A stretch of 64,000 nucleotides of DNA from Polyangiales bacterium (GCA_044229975.1 JBGARZ010000001.1:800001-864000); one strand, 5' to 3'; positions 37,632 to 48,056 are shown, counted from the stretch's first letter. Program-made: numbers and translations. The notes: generated by a model from the sequence alone, not told the origin.

Positions 37632-39377
37632 CTACCGGCGAAGCCACGGGGCGTAGCCGAGGGCGCGGCGTTCGCAGACGGCGGCGACGGTGGACTGTCC
37701 CTGCGAGCGCGCGGCGGCGGCGAGGGTGACCCAGTTGCGGGCGTAGCGTTCGCGGGCGACGGCCTGCCACGGGGCGGCGGTGCCGGTCGTCGGTCGCATG
37801 CGGAAGCCCTGGAAGCGCGCCTCGTTGTCGGCGAGCACGTCGCGCAGCGGCGGCGGGGGTGTGCCGTCGGGCAACACGCGGACGAGGGTTCCGAGGGGGT
37901 AGGTCGGCAGCGCGTAGACGATGGCCTGCGAGAACACCTCCGCCAGGAAGAGCGGGCGCCCGGTGGCCATGACGGCGCGGGCGAGCGCCACGCTGTCGAC
38001 GGAGCCGCGACGCGGTGGCGGGAGCGCGACGCCGAGCTGCGCGGACACCCGCACGCGGTACGGGTCGAGGTGCAGGAGCGAGGGGTTGATGGTGACCACA
38101 TCGGCGCGCAGGCCGAGGGCGTGGCGGGTGTAGAGGGTTCCGAAGGTGACGTCGTCGCTGGTGGTGAGGAGCACGGCGCGCGGCGGCAGCGTCTCGATGG
38201 TGTCGAGGAGGTAGTGCTCGACGTCGGGCGCGTGCTGGGTCTGCACCTCACCGCGGCTGAGCCCGATGCCCACGGCGGCGAAGGCGGCGACGAGCAGCAG
38301 GCGCAGCCGCGGGTCGAGCGCGACGTTGTGCACCACGCGGTCGAAGCCCATCGCCACGGGGACCACCAGCAGCGTGAGCGGGAGGAGATAGAAGCGCGCG
38401 ACGACGGCGGCCCCGACGCCCACGAGGGGAAGGTTGAAGCGCGCGACGAGCAGCGGCCCGGCGACGAGCAGCGACCCGACGAGCGCGACGGTGTGCGCGC
38501 GGCGCGAGCGGCCGGTGAGGGCGGTGACGAGGCCCACGAGCGCGAGGATGACGCCGACGCCGCGTGACTCGCTCCAGAGCCCTTCGGCGAGCGCGACGAG
38601 GTGGGCGCCCGGCGCGAGAGGTCGCGGGGCGGCGGAGAGCGAGAGGGTTCCGTAGTCGCGGCGGAGGACGTGGTGCACGAGGCCGCCGAGGGTGCTGGTG
38701 TTGCCCCAGAGCATGCGATCGCCGCCGAGGCGGGCGACGACGACGAGCGACGCGTAGTTGGCGATGCCAGGGAGCGCGGCGAGCACGGCGAGGGCGGCCG
38801 CGCGGGCGGGACGCGCCGAGGCGCGGGCTTCGCGGACGAGGGCGAAGAGGCCGATGGGCGCGAGGGCGACGCAGGAGAGGTGGTTGCCGAGGCCGACGCC
38901 CGCGACGGCGCCGAGGGCGACGCAACGAAGGACGGGGGTGAGCGGGGCGAAGGGCGCGCCGAACCACAGCATGAGCGCGGCGACGAGGGTGTTGAGGGCG
39001 AAGACCTCGGCCGCGGTGGAGAGGCTCCACGGGAGCGTGGCCGTGGCGAAGAGGGTGGTGGCGAGCAGGGCGCTCCAGGCGGAGGCGCCCCACGCGCGGG
39101 CGGCCATGTAGAGCGCGGCGACCGCAGCAAGACCGAGCAGCGTGGTGGCGATGGCGGCGCCGTGCGCGGGCGACGACGCGGGGACGAACGACAGCGCGCG
39201 AAGGTACAGCGAGTAGACGGGGTAGCCCGACGGGTGCGCGACGCCCCAGCGGGCGAAGAGGGTGGCGAACTCGGGGTTGTCGCCGCCCTGCACATGCGGG
39301 CTCACGGTGGAGAGCCACGCCACGGCGATGGCGGCGAAGGCCAGCGGCGGTACCCATCGGGGGAGCTCGTCACGCAT
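37632..39377 (-). CDS. DUF2723 / TMEM260-like GT-C membrane glycosyltransferase
   Basis: GGDNPEF...GVAHPSGYPVY, AEVFALN, GLGNH, LRRDYGT and multiple TM helices. Confidence 0.85.
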   Translation of the reverse strand: MRDELPRWVPPLAFAAIAVAWLSTVSPHVQGGDNPEFATLFARWGVAHPSGYPVYSLYLRALSFVPASSPAHGAAIATTLLGLAAVAALYMAARAWGASAWSALLATTLFATATLPWSLSTAAEVFALNTLVAALMLWFGAPFAPLTPVLRCVALGAVAGVGLGNHLSCVALAPIGLFALVREARASARPARAAALAVLAALPGIANYASLVVVARLGGDRMLWGNTSTLGGLVHHVLRRDYGTLSLSAAPRPLAPGAHLVALAEGLWSESRGVGVILALVGLVTALTGRSRRAHTVALVGSLLVAGPLLVARFNLPLVGVGAAVVARFYLLPLTLLVVPVAMGFDRVVHNVALDPRLRLLLVAAFAAVGIGLSRGEVQTQHAPDVEHYLLDTIETLPPRAVLLTTSDDVTFGTLYTRHALGLRADVVTINPSLLHLDPYRVRVSAQLGVALPPPRRGSVDSVALARAVMATGRPLFLAEVFSQAIVYALPTYPLGTLVRVLPDGTPPPPLRDVLADNEARFQGFRMRPTTGTAAPWQAVARERYARNWVTLAAAARSQGQSTVAAVCERRALGYAPWLRR

Positions 39378-39395
39378 CGGCGGGTACTGCGGCGG

Positions 39396-39436
39396 ACGCT
39401 ACCACGCGGGGCGATGCGCTCGGATGGTGGTAACGT
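39396..39436. promoter_or_regulatory. Divergent pair of extended -10-like motifs
   Basis: TGGTAGCGT on minus (39396-39404, 18 nt before ATG39377) and TGGTAACGT on plus (39428-39436, 6 nt before GTG39443). Confidence 0.5.
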
Positions 39437-39442
39437 CGCGGC

Positions 39443-39673
39443 GTGCTGCTCCGACGCTGCGTGCTGTTGCTGGCGCTTGCCTCCGCCGCGTGTGTGTCCG
39501 CCCCCGAGGCGACGCGCGCGGGCGGCGAGGCGTGCCGAAGGGATGAGGACTGCAACGGGGGCGCGACCTGCGGGCGGCTCAAGCTCTGCGTGTTGAGCTA
39601 CTGCGCCGAGGACGAGGTGTTTCGGGTGTGCCCCGACGGGCGCTACCCCGACGCGGGCGTCGCGCGGGACTGA
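39443..39673 (+). CDS. Small Cys-rich lipoprotein
   Basis: MLLRRCVLLLALASAAC lipobox; CRRDEDC...CGRLKLCVLSYC. Confidence 0.7.
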   Translation: MLLRRCVLLLALASAACVSAPEATRAGGEACRRDEDCNGGATCGRLKLCVLSYCAEDEVFRVCPDGRYPDAGVARD

Positions 39674-39684
39674 GGCAGGGACTG

Positions 39685-41085
39685 ATGGTGTCGGCAACGA
39701 AGAGGGTCACCCCGGGCGAGGCGTCGAGGCTCGGGGTCTACTACCGGTCGGTGAGCGTGGAGAACGTGCGTTGCTTCGCCGACGCGCAGACGCTCCCCCT
39801 CGCTGACAACGACGGGAAGCCGTACCACTGGACATTGCTGCTCGGAGAGAACGGGACGGGGAAGACGACGCTGCTGCATGCGCTGGCTGCGTTGAGCTGG
39901 CGTGAGCGGCGACCGGACAACCCGAGCACCCCAACGGACCATCCGAGGTTCCCCAGACCGATGGATGAGTGGGCGCAACTCAACTCCCCGTTTGATCCGC
40001 AGTCGTGGACACATCTGCGCTGTTCCAGTGTTGTGTCGCGCGGCTTGAAGTCCCGCGTCCTCCACGATCTCGAAGTCCGGTTTGGGCTACAGGGGAAGAA
40101 CTTCAAGGGGGGAAGCTCGGGCACTATCGGGGATGGAAGGACCGCGGAGGTCCTGTGCGCCTACGGACCCATGCGGCGCTCGATCGACGCGCGGCTCGGC
40201 GCGTCGGACGCCCGCAAGGACGAGGTGATCGACTTTCTCGAAGGGAAGGTGACGAGCCTCGACGTTGAGGAGTGGTTCCTTCAGCGTGACTATCTGGCCT
40301 CCAGCGAGGCGACAGAGCGCTCCGCCCGCGACCAGGCGCGGCGCTGGTTCGCCGTCGCGAAGGAGACGGTGCTGTCGATCCTGCCAGGAGTCACCGACCT
40401 CGTCCCTCGCTCCACCGGCGGCCCGTCCGGGCAGATCCGTCTCTACGCAGTCACCGCCCACGGAACCGTTCCCTTCCGTGAGCTCGGCTTCGGCATGCAG
40501 TCGACGCTCGCGTGGGTGATCGACCTCGCGGTTCGGATGATGACCGCCTACCCCGAAAGCACCGACCCGCTGAGCGAGCCCGCGGTCTGCCTCGTCGACG
40601 AGATCGACCTCCATCTTCATCCGCGGTGGCAGCGCGAGCTGCTCCAGAAGCTCTCGGCGCGCTTCCCGAACGTGCAGTTCGTCGCCACGGCGCACAGCCC
40701 GCTCATCGTGCAGGCCGCGCCCGAGGCCAACGTGGTCGTGCTCCGCCGCGTGGGCGAGCGGGTGGTCATCGATCGGGCGCCAGAGTCTGTGCGCCATTGG
40801 CGGGTCGATCAGATCCTGACCAGCGACCTCTTCGGTCTCCCCAGCGCCCGACCGGCGGAGCTCGACGCGCTCATCGCCGAGCGCGAACACCTTCTCGCGA
40901 AGAGCGAACCGACCGTGACGGAGATCGCGCGCCTGAAGGCGATTCGCTCGGACATCGGCGCGCACCCGGCGGGCGAGTCTCCGACCGTGCTCGAAGCCGA
41001 AGAACTCCTGTTGGGCCTCACCCGCGCGAGGACGGAGATCGTACTGAAGAACGGCGGCGCGAACGGGAAGAGGAGGAAGGCGTGA
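39685..41085 (+). CDS. ABC-type AAA ATPase (PtuA/AAA_21-like)
   Basis: SVENVRCF, Walker A LLGENGTGKTT, signature-like ELGFGMQS, Walker B LVDEIDLHLHPRWQR, H-loop ATAHSP, ILTSDLFGL. Confidence 0.88.
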   Translation: MVSATKRVTPGEASRLGVYYRSVSVENVRCFADAQTLPLADNDGKPYHWTLLLGENGTGKTTLLHALAALSWRERRPDNPSTPTDHPRFPRPMDEWAQLNSPFDPQSWTHLRCSSVVSRGLKSRVLHDLEVRFGLQGKNFKGGSSGTIGDGRTAEVLCAYGPMRRSIDARLGASDARKDEVIDFLEGKVTSLDVEEWFLQRDYLASSEATERSARDQARRWFAVAKETVLSILPGVTDLVPRSTGGPSGQIRLYAVTAHGTVPFRELGFGMQSTLAWVIDLAVRMMTAYPESTDPLSEPAVCLVDEIDLHLHPRWQRELLQKLSARFPNVQFVATAHSPLIVQAAPEANVVVLRRVGERVVIDRAPESVRHWRVDQILTSDLFGLPSARPAELDALIAEREHLLAKSEPTVTEIARLKAIRSDIGAHPAGESPTVLEAEELLLGLTRARTEIVLKNGGANGKRRKA

Positions 41086-41852
41086 TTCGCGTCGTGCGCC
41101 CAGCGACGGCGCCGACGGTGCTCTCGTCGGGAGTCACCGAGACCGCTCGCTGGGTGGGTGCCGTACGAGCGCAGCGAGAGGCGTACCGAACAGGGACGAA
41201 GACGGTCACCTTCGACGAAGACCTCTACCGTCACCCGACGGTGAAGCAGTCGTTGCTCCAGGCGCAGCGAGCGAAGTGCGCCTTCTGCGAGTCAGTCGTC
41301 ACCCACGTCTCCTATGGCGACGTCGAGCACTTCCGTCCCAAGGGAGGGTTTCGGCAACGGCGACGCGGCCCCCTCCGGCGGCCGGGATATTACTGGCTCG
41401 CGTATGCTTGGGAGAACCTCCTGATTTCGTGCGAGCTCTGCAACCGGCGCTTCAAGCGCAACTGGTTTCCGCTGGAGCGAGGTACGACGCGCGTGCGGGG
41501 CCCGGCCGGAGACATCGCGCAGGAGCGCCCGCTGCTGGTGAACCCCGCCGCGGACGACCCCGCCTCGTTCATCACGTTTCACGAGCACCGCGCGGTCGCC
41601 GTCGACGGAGCCTCCAGGGGCGCGGCTTCCATTTGCGCGTACGGGCTCAACCGCCAGACGATCCGAACGCGTCGCCGCAGCGTGATCGAACTCCTCGAAC
41701 GCATGCTCGACCTCATCGCAGAACTGCCAGCCAACCATCCCAAGGTCGTCGACGCCGAAGAGTTTCTTCGGCGTCTGGGCGCTCCGAGCGGCGAGTACTC
41801 GGCGATGGTGCGGGCCTATCTCGTTGCCCGTCGTAGTTCCGCCGTCCGGTGA
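41082..41852 (+). CDS. HNH endonuclease (PtuB/retron-effector-like)
   Basis: GTGA overlap with the ATPase; KCAFCES..DVEHFRPK..YYWLAYAWENLLISCELCNRRFK..PLLVNP..DDP. Confidence 0.88.
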   Translation: MIRVVRPATAPTVLSSGVTETARWVGAVRAQREAYRTGTKTVTFDEDLYRHPTVKQSLLQAQRAKCAFCESVVTHVSYGDVEHFRPKGGFRQRRRGPLRRPGYYWLAYAWENLLISCELCNRRFKRNWFPLERGTTRVRGPAGDIAQERPLLVNPAADDPASFITFHEHRAVAVDGASRGAASICAYGLNRQTIRTRRRSVIELLERMLDLIAELPANHPKVVDAEEFLRRLGAPSGEYSAMVRAYLVARRSSAVR

Positions 41853-41912
41853 CCGTCGCCACGACGGGGCCCGTTTGCACCGCGCCCACCCGGGAGTGTT
41901 GAGTCAACGACG

Positions 41913-42434
41913 ATGAGCTACGTGATGGTCGACGTCGAGTCCGACGGCCCGGTGCTGGGGCTGTACTCCATGGTCTCCTTCGGCGCGGTGGTGGTCACTC
42001 CCGCGCTCGACCGAACCTTCTACGGTCGCCTGCGCCCCGTCAGCGAGCGATGGATTCCCGAGGCCCTCGCGGTGAGCGGCCACAGCCGCGACGAGACGCT
42101 CACCTTCGACGACCCCGCGGAGGTGATGGCCCGCTTCGCCGCGTGGGGCGCCGCGGAGTGCGGTCGTCGGCCCCTCTTCATCTCGGACAACAACGGCTTC
42201 GACAGGGGCTTCATCAACTACTACTTCCACCGCTACGGCAGCGGAAACCCCTTCGGCCACAGCTCGCAAAACCTCGGCTCGCTCTACAAGGGCCTCGCGA
42301 AGGACACCTTCGTGAATTTCAAGCACCTCCGACAGACCGCGCACACCCACCACCCGGTGGACGACGCGCGGGGCAACGCCGAGGCGCTCCTGCGGATGAA
42401 GACCGAGCTCGGGCTGAAGATCTCCCTCGACTGA
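41913..42434 (+). CDS. DEDDh 3'-5' exonuclease (Rv2179c/DUF5051-like)
   Basis: MVDVESDGP (ExoI), SDNNGFD (ExoII), HTHHPVDDA (ExoIII). Confidence 0.88.
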   Translation: MSYVMVDVESDGPVLGLYSMVSFGAVVVTPALDRTFYGRLRPVSERWIPEALAVSGHSRDETLTFDDPAEVMARFAAWGAAECGRRPLFISDNNGFDRGFINYYFHRYGSGNPFGHSSQNLGSLYKGLAKDTFVNFKHLRQTAHTHHPVDDARGNAEALLRMKTELGLKISLD

Positions 42435-42438
42435 AGCG

Positions 42439-43941
42439 CTACCAGCACGCGCAACAACGTGAGCCGTCGGTGCTGCCAGGGTTGGCGCACCAGCCCCCCG
42501 CGCGACCCGCCGAGACGCACGCCGCGTGGCAGTCGGGCGCCGTCCCGATGCAGCGCTCGCAGCCCTCTGGCGCACACGCGCAGCAACGCGATCCGTCGGC
42601 GCTGCCGGGCTCGCCGCAGCTCCCGCCGGTGGGGCCGATGGCCGACTGACACGCCGCCGCGCACGACAGGCCCGGCGCCACGCAGGCGGTGCATCCGCCG
42701 CCCACCGCGGGCGCCCTCTCGGCGATCGCGGCGCCGATGCGGTTGCGGTCCCAGCTCACCACCGAGGCGCCGCCGAACCACACCGCGCGGGGAGTGCCAT
42801 CGACCACCTGGAGGTGCGGCGTCACCTGGCCGAAGCGGTCGTACGACTGGCCGCTCAACCCGAAGAGCAGGCCGCGGTCGACCCAACACAGACCATCGGG
42901 ACTCGTCGACCAGAACGTCCCCGCGCCGCTCTCGCGCAGCATCACCCAGACGCCGCCGACGCGCTGCACGTCGACCGCGCCCGCGTCGAGCACGAGGGGG
43001 TTGCGCGGGTGGCGCGTGAAGGTGCGTCCGTCGGTGCTGGTCGCGAGCCCCACGTGGCGTCTCCCTCGCGCGGTGCCGTCGTAGAACATCCACCAGGTGG
43101 TTCCGTCGAAATGGACGCTGGGGCGGCCGACCTTCTCGTCGTCCCAGGAGCCCGCGGGGCCCGGACCGAGCACCTCGCCCACGCGGGTAAACCCGGTGAG
43201 CGCGTCGGACTGCGCGAGCCAGATGCGGTCGTTTTCACCAGTGGGCGCGTCCGTATAGAACATCGACCAGCGACCCCCCGCGCGCACCACGCTGGGGTCG
43301 TTGACGTGGTTGGATTCGCCGCGGTCGAGCACGGGGAGCGGCGACGCGTCGGAGGGCCACTTGCGCCACGAGGCGCCGTCGCGAGACGTGGCGACGTAGA
43401 TGCGATCGTGGCCGTCGGCGCCCTGCGCGCCGTACCACATGGCCCAACCGCCATCGATGGGTTGGAGGTCGGGCGCGTAGACGTTGTCCTGCCCCTGGAG
43501 CGCGACGGTGGATGTGGCGACGAGGAGGGGGTTGGCGACTGGGAGGTTCCAGCGGGCGGGCCAGGCGGAGGGGAGCTGGGTGCAGCCCGCATCGACCACC
43601 GGAGGGACGTCGGGAGCGAGCGGGACATCGATGGACGGTGGGACGTCGCGAATGACGGCAACGTCAACGGCAGCGGGCACGTCGCGGGCAGACGGGACGT
43701 CGATGGAAGGCGGGACGTCGCGAGCCGCCGGAACATCGATGGCGGGCGCGACGTCGACGGAAGGGACGTCACGCACGGAGGCGTCGATGGAGGGGACGTC
43801 GTCGAGCGGGTTCTTCGCGACGTCGTCCTCGATCGGGAGGTCTTCCTTCGCGGGCACGTCGGACGTGACGGTCTGCGTCGCGCAGGCGGTGAGCGCGCAC
43901 CATGACCATGCGAGGAGGCTTCGGCGGAGAGGTCCAGACAT
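42439..43941 (-). CDS. Lipoprotein with five-bladed beta-propeller glycoside hydrolase-like domain (GH43/32/130-like) and Cys-rich tail
   Basis: MSGPLRRSLLAWSWCALTAC; DVP linker; VYAPD, HVNDPSVV..WSMFY, VGRPSV..WWMFYDG, GLATSTDG; duplicated tail PGS.DGSRCCAC. Confidence 0.8.
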   Translation of the reverse strand: MSGPLRRSLLAWSWCALTACATQTVTSDVPAKEDLPIEDDVAKNPLDDVPSIDASVRDVPSVDVAPAIDVPAARDVPPSIDVPSARDVPAAVDVAVIRDVPPSIDVPLAPDVPPVVDAGCTQLPSAWPARWNLPVANPLLVATSTVALQGQDNVYAPDLQPIDGGWAMWYGAQGADGHDRIYVATSRDGASWRKWPSDASPLPVLDRGESNHVNDPSVVRAGGRWSMFYTDAPTGENDRIWLAQSDALTGFTRVGEVLGPGPAGSWDDEKVGRPSVHFDGTTWWMFYDGTARGRRHVGLATSTDGRTFTRHPRNPLVLDAGAVDVQRVGGVWVMLRESGAGTFWSTSPDGLCWVDRGLLFGLSGQSYDRFGQVTPHLQVVDGTPRAVWFGGASVVSWDRNRIGAAIAERAPAVGGGCTACVAPGLSCAAACQSAIGPTGGSCGEPGSADGSRCCACAPEGCERCIGTAPDCHAACVSAGRAGGWCANPGSTDGSRCCACW

Positions 43942-44041
43942 GGCGTGCGGCGGATGGTGGGCGAGGTGTCGGTCGGGGCGCAACGGCCGCGGCACGCGGC
44001 GCACTACCCACGGCGCGCGGAGGCTGCGATCATCGGCCACC

Positions 44042-45226
44042 ATGGCGCTCTGCTCGGCCTGCCGACGACCGCTTCAACTGGGGCGTCCGCGCTGCATGTA
44101 CTGCAACGCTCCAGCTACATCGCCCGCTCCAGTGGAAGCCCCGCCTCGTCCCGCGGTGGCGTCGCTGCCGCCCGGGCGACCCGGCTCGCTCGCGGAGGTC
44201 GGCATCTCCGCCGGGAGCTCGGCCGCGGCCTTCGCGCACACCGCCGAGCTCTTCCTGAAGGAACGCCTCGGCGAGCTGACCGACCCCTCGCGCATCGCCC
44301 GCACCCACTGGATCGCCGCCCCGCCCCAGCACCCGGCCTGGCCGTACGTCTCGCCCGACCACGAGGTCTTCTTCGACGTGGTCACCGCGGACGGCGTCGG
44401 TTACCTCCTGCGGTATGCGGGCGAAGACGCCGCGCTCCTCGCGCACGCCGACGACCTGTTGTTCGCCCCCATCCAGGCGCTTTTACCCTTCACGCGCGTC
44501 GATCTGGAGGCCGTCGGGCTCATGCTCTTCCTCGGGACGTTGCGCGAGGTGGTGATCGTCACCAACGCCGACCTCGACGCGTCGTTCGTCGACCGCGTCG
44601 GCCGCATGAACCGCCACGTTGCGGCGCAGGCCGGGGCGACCGGGCGAGACATCCGGCTGGTGTCGTTTACCTGGGAGCTCACCAACCGCGACGAGTGGAA
44701 GACCGTGGAGCGGGGCCGCCCATCGACCGCCACGGCGCCGTCATCGGGCGACCCGAGCGAGGCCGCGCTGGTCGCGACCCGCGGTGGCAATCGGCTCGCC
44801 GAGCAGGGGCGCCTCGACGAGGCACTGCGCGCCCACGACGAGGCGATCAGGCTCGACCCGGGCTGCGCGCTCGCGTGGAGCAACCGCTCCTACGTGCTCG
44901 CGAACCTCGAACGCTTCGCCGCGTCACTCGCCGCCGCCGAGCGCGCCCTGAGCCTCGACGCGAAGCTGGAGCAGGCGTGGATCAACGTCTCGCAGGCGCT
45001 CATCGGCCTCGGTCGCTTTCCGGAGGCGCTCCAGGTCGCCCAGCGCGGGCTCGCGGTGGCACCGCGCTCGGCGGCGCTGCATTTCAACGCGGCCCTCTCC
45101 GCCGACCGGACGTACCGGCAGCCCGTCGCAGTGACGCACTACCGCAGCTTCATCGAGGTGGCGACGCCCGCGATGAAGCGCGAGGTCGAACTCGCACAGC
45201 AACGCCTGCGGGTGTTTCGGGCCTGA
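44042..45226 (+). CDS. TPR protein with N-terminal zinc ribbon
   Basis: MALCSACRRPLQLGRPRCMYC; C-terminal TPRs (EALRAHDEAIRLDP, AWSNRSYVL, AWINVSQAL). Confidence 0.82.
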   Translation: MALCSACRRPLQLGRPRCMYCNAPATSPAPVEAPPRPAVASLPPGRPGSLAEVGISAGSSAAAFAHTAELFLKERLGELTDPSRIARTHWIAAPPQHPAWPYVSPDHEVFFDVVTADGVGYLLRYAGEDAALLAHADDLLFAPIQALLPFTRVDLEAVGLMLFLGTLREVVIVTNADLDASFVDRVGRMNRHVAAQAGATGRDIRLVSFTWELTNRDEWKTVERGRPSTATAPSSGDPSEAALVATRGGNRLAEQGRLDEALRAHDEAIRLDPGCALAWSNRSYVLANLERFAASLAAAERALSLDAKLEQAWINVSQALIGLGRFPEALQVAQRGLAVAPRSAALHFNAALSADRTYRQPVAVTHYRSFIEVATPAMKREVELAQQRLRVFRA

Positions 45227-45234
45227 GCGATCGT

Positions 45235-46181
45235 TCAACGAGCGCGACGGCGACGGCGTCCAACCGCGACCATCGCCAGTGCCACCGGCAGCCATCCCCT
45301 CGCCCGCACCGGCGCCACGTGACAACCACACCCGGCGTCCGGTGAGCTCGCCGGGCCGACGGCTGCGTCGAGTCCTTGCGCCACGCTCGCAACCACGCAG
45401 CTCGCGAGACCGCCATCGGGCTCCGCCGCCATCGCGTTGACGTAGCGCTGCGCGGGCAGGCGGACCGACACCGGATGCGGCCAGACGTACGCGACCGGAC
45501 TCGCCGACGGACGCGCCCCCTCCGGCATCTCCGCGCCCTCGACGTCGTAGCGACGACGGCCGCCGGGCGTGATCCACTCGAAGAGTCCACCGGTCACCGG
45601 CGTGTTCGCGCTGCCCGGGGGATACGCGTAGAAGAGCGCGGCCGCGTCGGAGGTGACGACGAGACGGCGGTCGGCGCAGGTGGGGTCGTCCCAACCGAAG
45701 GCGACGAGACTGGAAAGCGATGTGCGCGATCGGCCGCAAGCGTGCGAGCGAGGCGGGTCTCGGCGTCGGTCGCGCCGGGAGCGCCCGGGTCGGGATCGGT
45801 CGTGCTCCGCAGCGCGAGCTCGCCGGTGGCGCCCTCGGTGGTGCGAAGGCGCAGGCCGCGCAGGCCGAAGACCTCGGGGCCGTCGTAGCCGGGGCGCTCG
45901 TAGCTGAACCACACGTCGCGGTTCATCAGGCCGGGCTCGTAGAAGGCGGCGTTGCCGTTGACGTCGGTGCGGACGGTGACGCGGCTCGTGGTGTGAAGGA
46001 CCACCCCGGCGATCGGAGCGCGCGAGGTGGCGTCGACGGCGCGCACCGTGAAGTACCGCGGCTGCGCGGACGACGGAGAAGCGACGAGCAGGGCCGCAAA
46101 GACGAGGGCGATGGAAGAGATCGCCTTGGGCGGGAGCGGTGGTGAGAGCACGCGATTCAGCACTGATTGGAAGCGCGTCAT
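45235..46181 (-). pseudogene. Frameshifted, probably internally deleted MYXO-CTERM surface protein
   Basis: The signal peptide and FTVRAVD..RTDVNGNAAFYEPGLMNRDVWF lie in one frame (ORF 45594-46262). The GCGC-TM-RRRRR anchor lies in another frame (ORF 45235-45912). The switch is near 45710. Confidence 0.65.
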
Positions 46182-46262
46182 CGACCCCGGCGTAGGACCA
46201 GCGGCACGGCGTGTCGAGTGGGGTCGCGAGACGGGAGCGATGAGGTCTTCACTGCGCTGCAC

Positions 46263-48056
46263 TCAACGCCCTGCATGTCCGTCGTACATGGCGACGGCTG
46301 CGAGTCGCAGGCGAGGACCATCCCAACTAAACCAGTACGCGTCTGGGTGGTGCCTGCACACGGGGCGGTCCGGCTCGCACTCGATGTCGGAGCAGAACTC
46401 CGCGCTGGACGACGGCGGCACTCGGGCGGTGAGCGCCGACAGCGCCTCGTCCGTGAGCTCCGACAACGGCCGGAAGCGCGCACGCCATGCGAACGCGTTG
46501 TACTCACCGAAGTCGATCACGCGCAGGTCGGGCACGCCGACCCGGCGCAGCCCCGCGAGGGTGCGCGCAGCCTGCACCAACGAGCACGCAGCCCGCGGTG
46601 TCACGGACCTCCAGGGAATCACCGCCAGCCCCGCGATGGCGTCGTCGAGGGACGAGGCGGTGTTCAGCACGACTGCGCTCCCAAGGTCGTAGGTGAGGTC
46701 GCTCGCCATCGACGCGGAAGGAGTGAGGTACAGGCCACGGTGTGCAAGCGCTCCCGCCTGCTCGCTCTCCACGACGACGTCGGTGCATCCGTCGCCGTCG
46801 CCGTCGATGAAGCGCACCGCACGCACCGTGGCGCCGTCGGGGTCGCGTTCGCGACCGAAGGCGAGCGCTCGGGCCAGCGCGAAGACCCTCGTCACGCCCT
46901 GTTCGATCACCACCACGACGCTCGCGTGCGCAGCGGCGACCTCGGCGACGGCGACGGTTCCGCCCTGGTCGCTGAGTCTCGCCGCGGCCACCACGCGGGG
47001 GTCGCCCGCGTAGCGCATCCGCAGTTCACGCTCGACCAGCGCGCGGTCGCCGTCGTCCGGCACGGTCTGTGTGGCAGTCCTCCGAGGCAGCCTCGTCGGT
47101 GCGACGGGGGCGATCTCCGTCGTGAAGGTGAGTCCTTCGGGGCCATTGATGATCGAGCCCTGGGGGTGCTCGCAGAAGAACGAGAGATTCCCCTGCCGAA
47201 TCTCCGACCTCAGCGCGTTCGTGCCAGCGGGCGATGCGGCGAAGCCAGAGCGGGGGACGGTCTCGGTCAGCACCACGATCCCATCGGGATAGCGGGTGAA
47301 CAGCGCGACGCGCGCCAGGCCCAACCTATCCGCGAAAGCGTCCGGCGTGCGCGCGCGGGAGAAGAAGCGGCAAGGCTCTGGTGAAAGGATTGGGTAGGGA
47401 AACCCGCTCAGGCCCGTCCGCGGGTCACGATCTTCCTGAGCGCTCACTGCCCGCGTCAGGGAAGCGTCGTCGGTGATGGTTCGCTCGCTCACCCGGTACT
47501 GAACTTCGAGCAGTGCTGACTCCGCCTGCCATTCGCGGGCGCGGAGTCCACGGTCCGAGAGCATGAGCACCGAGCGCAGTCCCGCGGGGCGATCGAGTGC
47601 GGGCGTCGTCTCGACGAGGACGTAGATCACACGCTCTCCCGTGACATAGACGCCTGCGCTCGCCGCGATGACGCGGACGCCGGCAGGCCAGTGCTGGACC
47701 GCGTGGGCCTCGGCGCCCCGAGACTGCTCCGGGATGACCCACGCCCCCGTCGCCACGTCCGCGCCGCCAGTGAAGGCCATCGTTACGACGTTCGCGTCGC
47801 TCGGACAGGTGACGGTCGATCGCCCCATGAGGCGGAACGACTGTCCCGCGCACCCGATGCCAGCGATCACGCGATGGATCCCGCCTCGGGCGCGCAACCC
47901 ATCGAGCACATTGAAGGACGCGGCCGGTGGTGCTTGCGGCGCGACGGACGCAGCGGCGACCGCGTTGACGCGAGGCGGCGTCACCGGCGAGGCGTGGCGA
48001 CAGGCGACGAGCGCGAGCAACGTCGTGTGCGCGAACCATCGCTGCAACGTCCTCAT
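46263..48056 (-). CDS. Hypothetical lipoprotein with DxDxDG (FG-GAP-like) motif
   Basis: MRTLQRWFAHTTLLALVAC lipobox; FIDGDGDGCTDVVV. Confidence 0.72.
   Translation of the reverse strand: MRTLQRWFAHTTLLALVACRHASPVTPPRVNAVAAASVAPQAPPAASFNVLDGLRARGGIHRVIAGIGCAGQSFRLMGRSTVTCPSDANVVTMAFTGGADVATGAWVIPEQSRGAEAHAVQHWPAGVRVIAASAGVYVTGERVIYVLVETTPALDRPAGLRSVLMLSDRGLRAREWQAESALLEVQYRVSERTITDDASLTRAVSAQEDRDPRTGLSGFPYPILSPEPCRFFSRARTPDAFADRLGLARVALFTRYPDGIVVLTETVPRSGFAASPAGTNALRSEIRQGNLSFFCEHPQGSIINGPEGLTFTTEIAPVAPTRLPRRTATQTVPDDGDRALVERELRMRYAGDPRVVAAARLSDQGGTVAVAEVAAAHASVVVVIEQGVTRVFALARALAFGRERDPDGATVRAVRFIDGDGDGCTDVVVESEQAGALAHRGLYLTPSASMASDLTYDLGSAVVLNTASSLDDAIAGLAVIPWRSVTPRAACSLVQAARTLAGLRRVGVPDLRVIDFGEYNAFAWRARFRPLSELTDEALSALTARVPPSSSAEFCSDIECEPDRPVCRHHPDAYWFSWDGPRLRLAAVAMYDGHAGR

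Noticed and set aside
39685..41852. Retron (Ec78-like) system
   Set aside because: No reverse transcriptase (YADD motif) and no room for msr-msd next to the ATPase-HNH pair.
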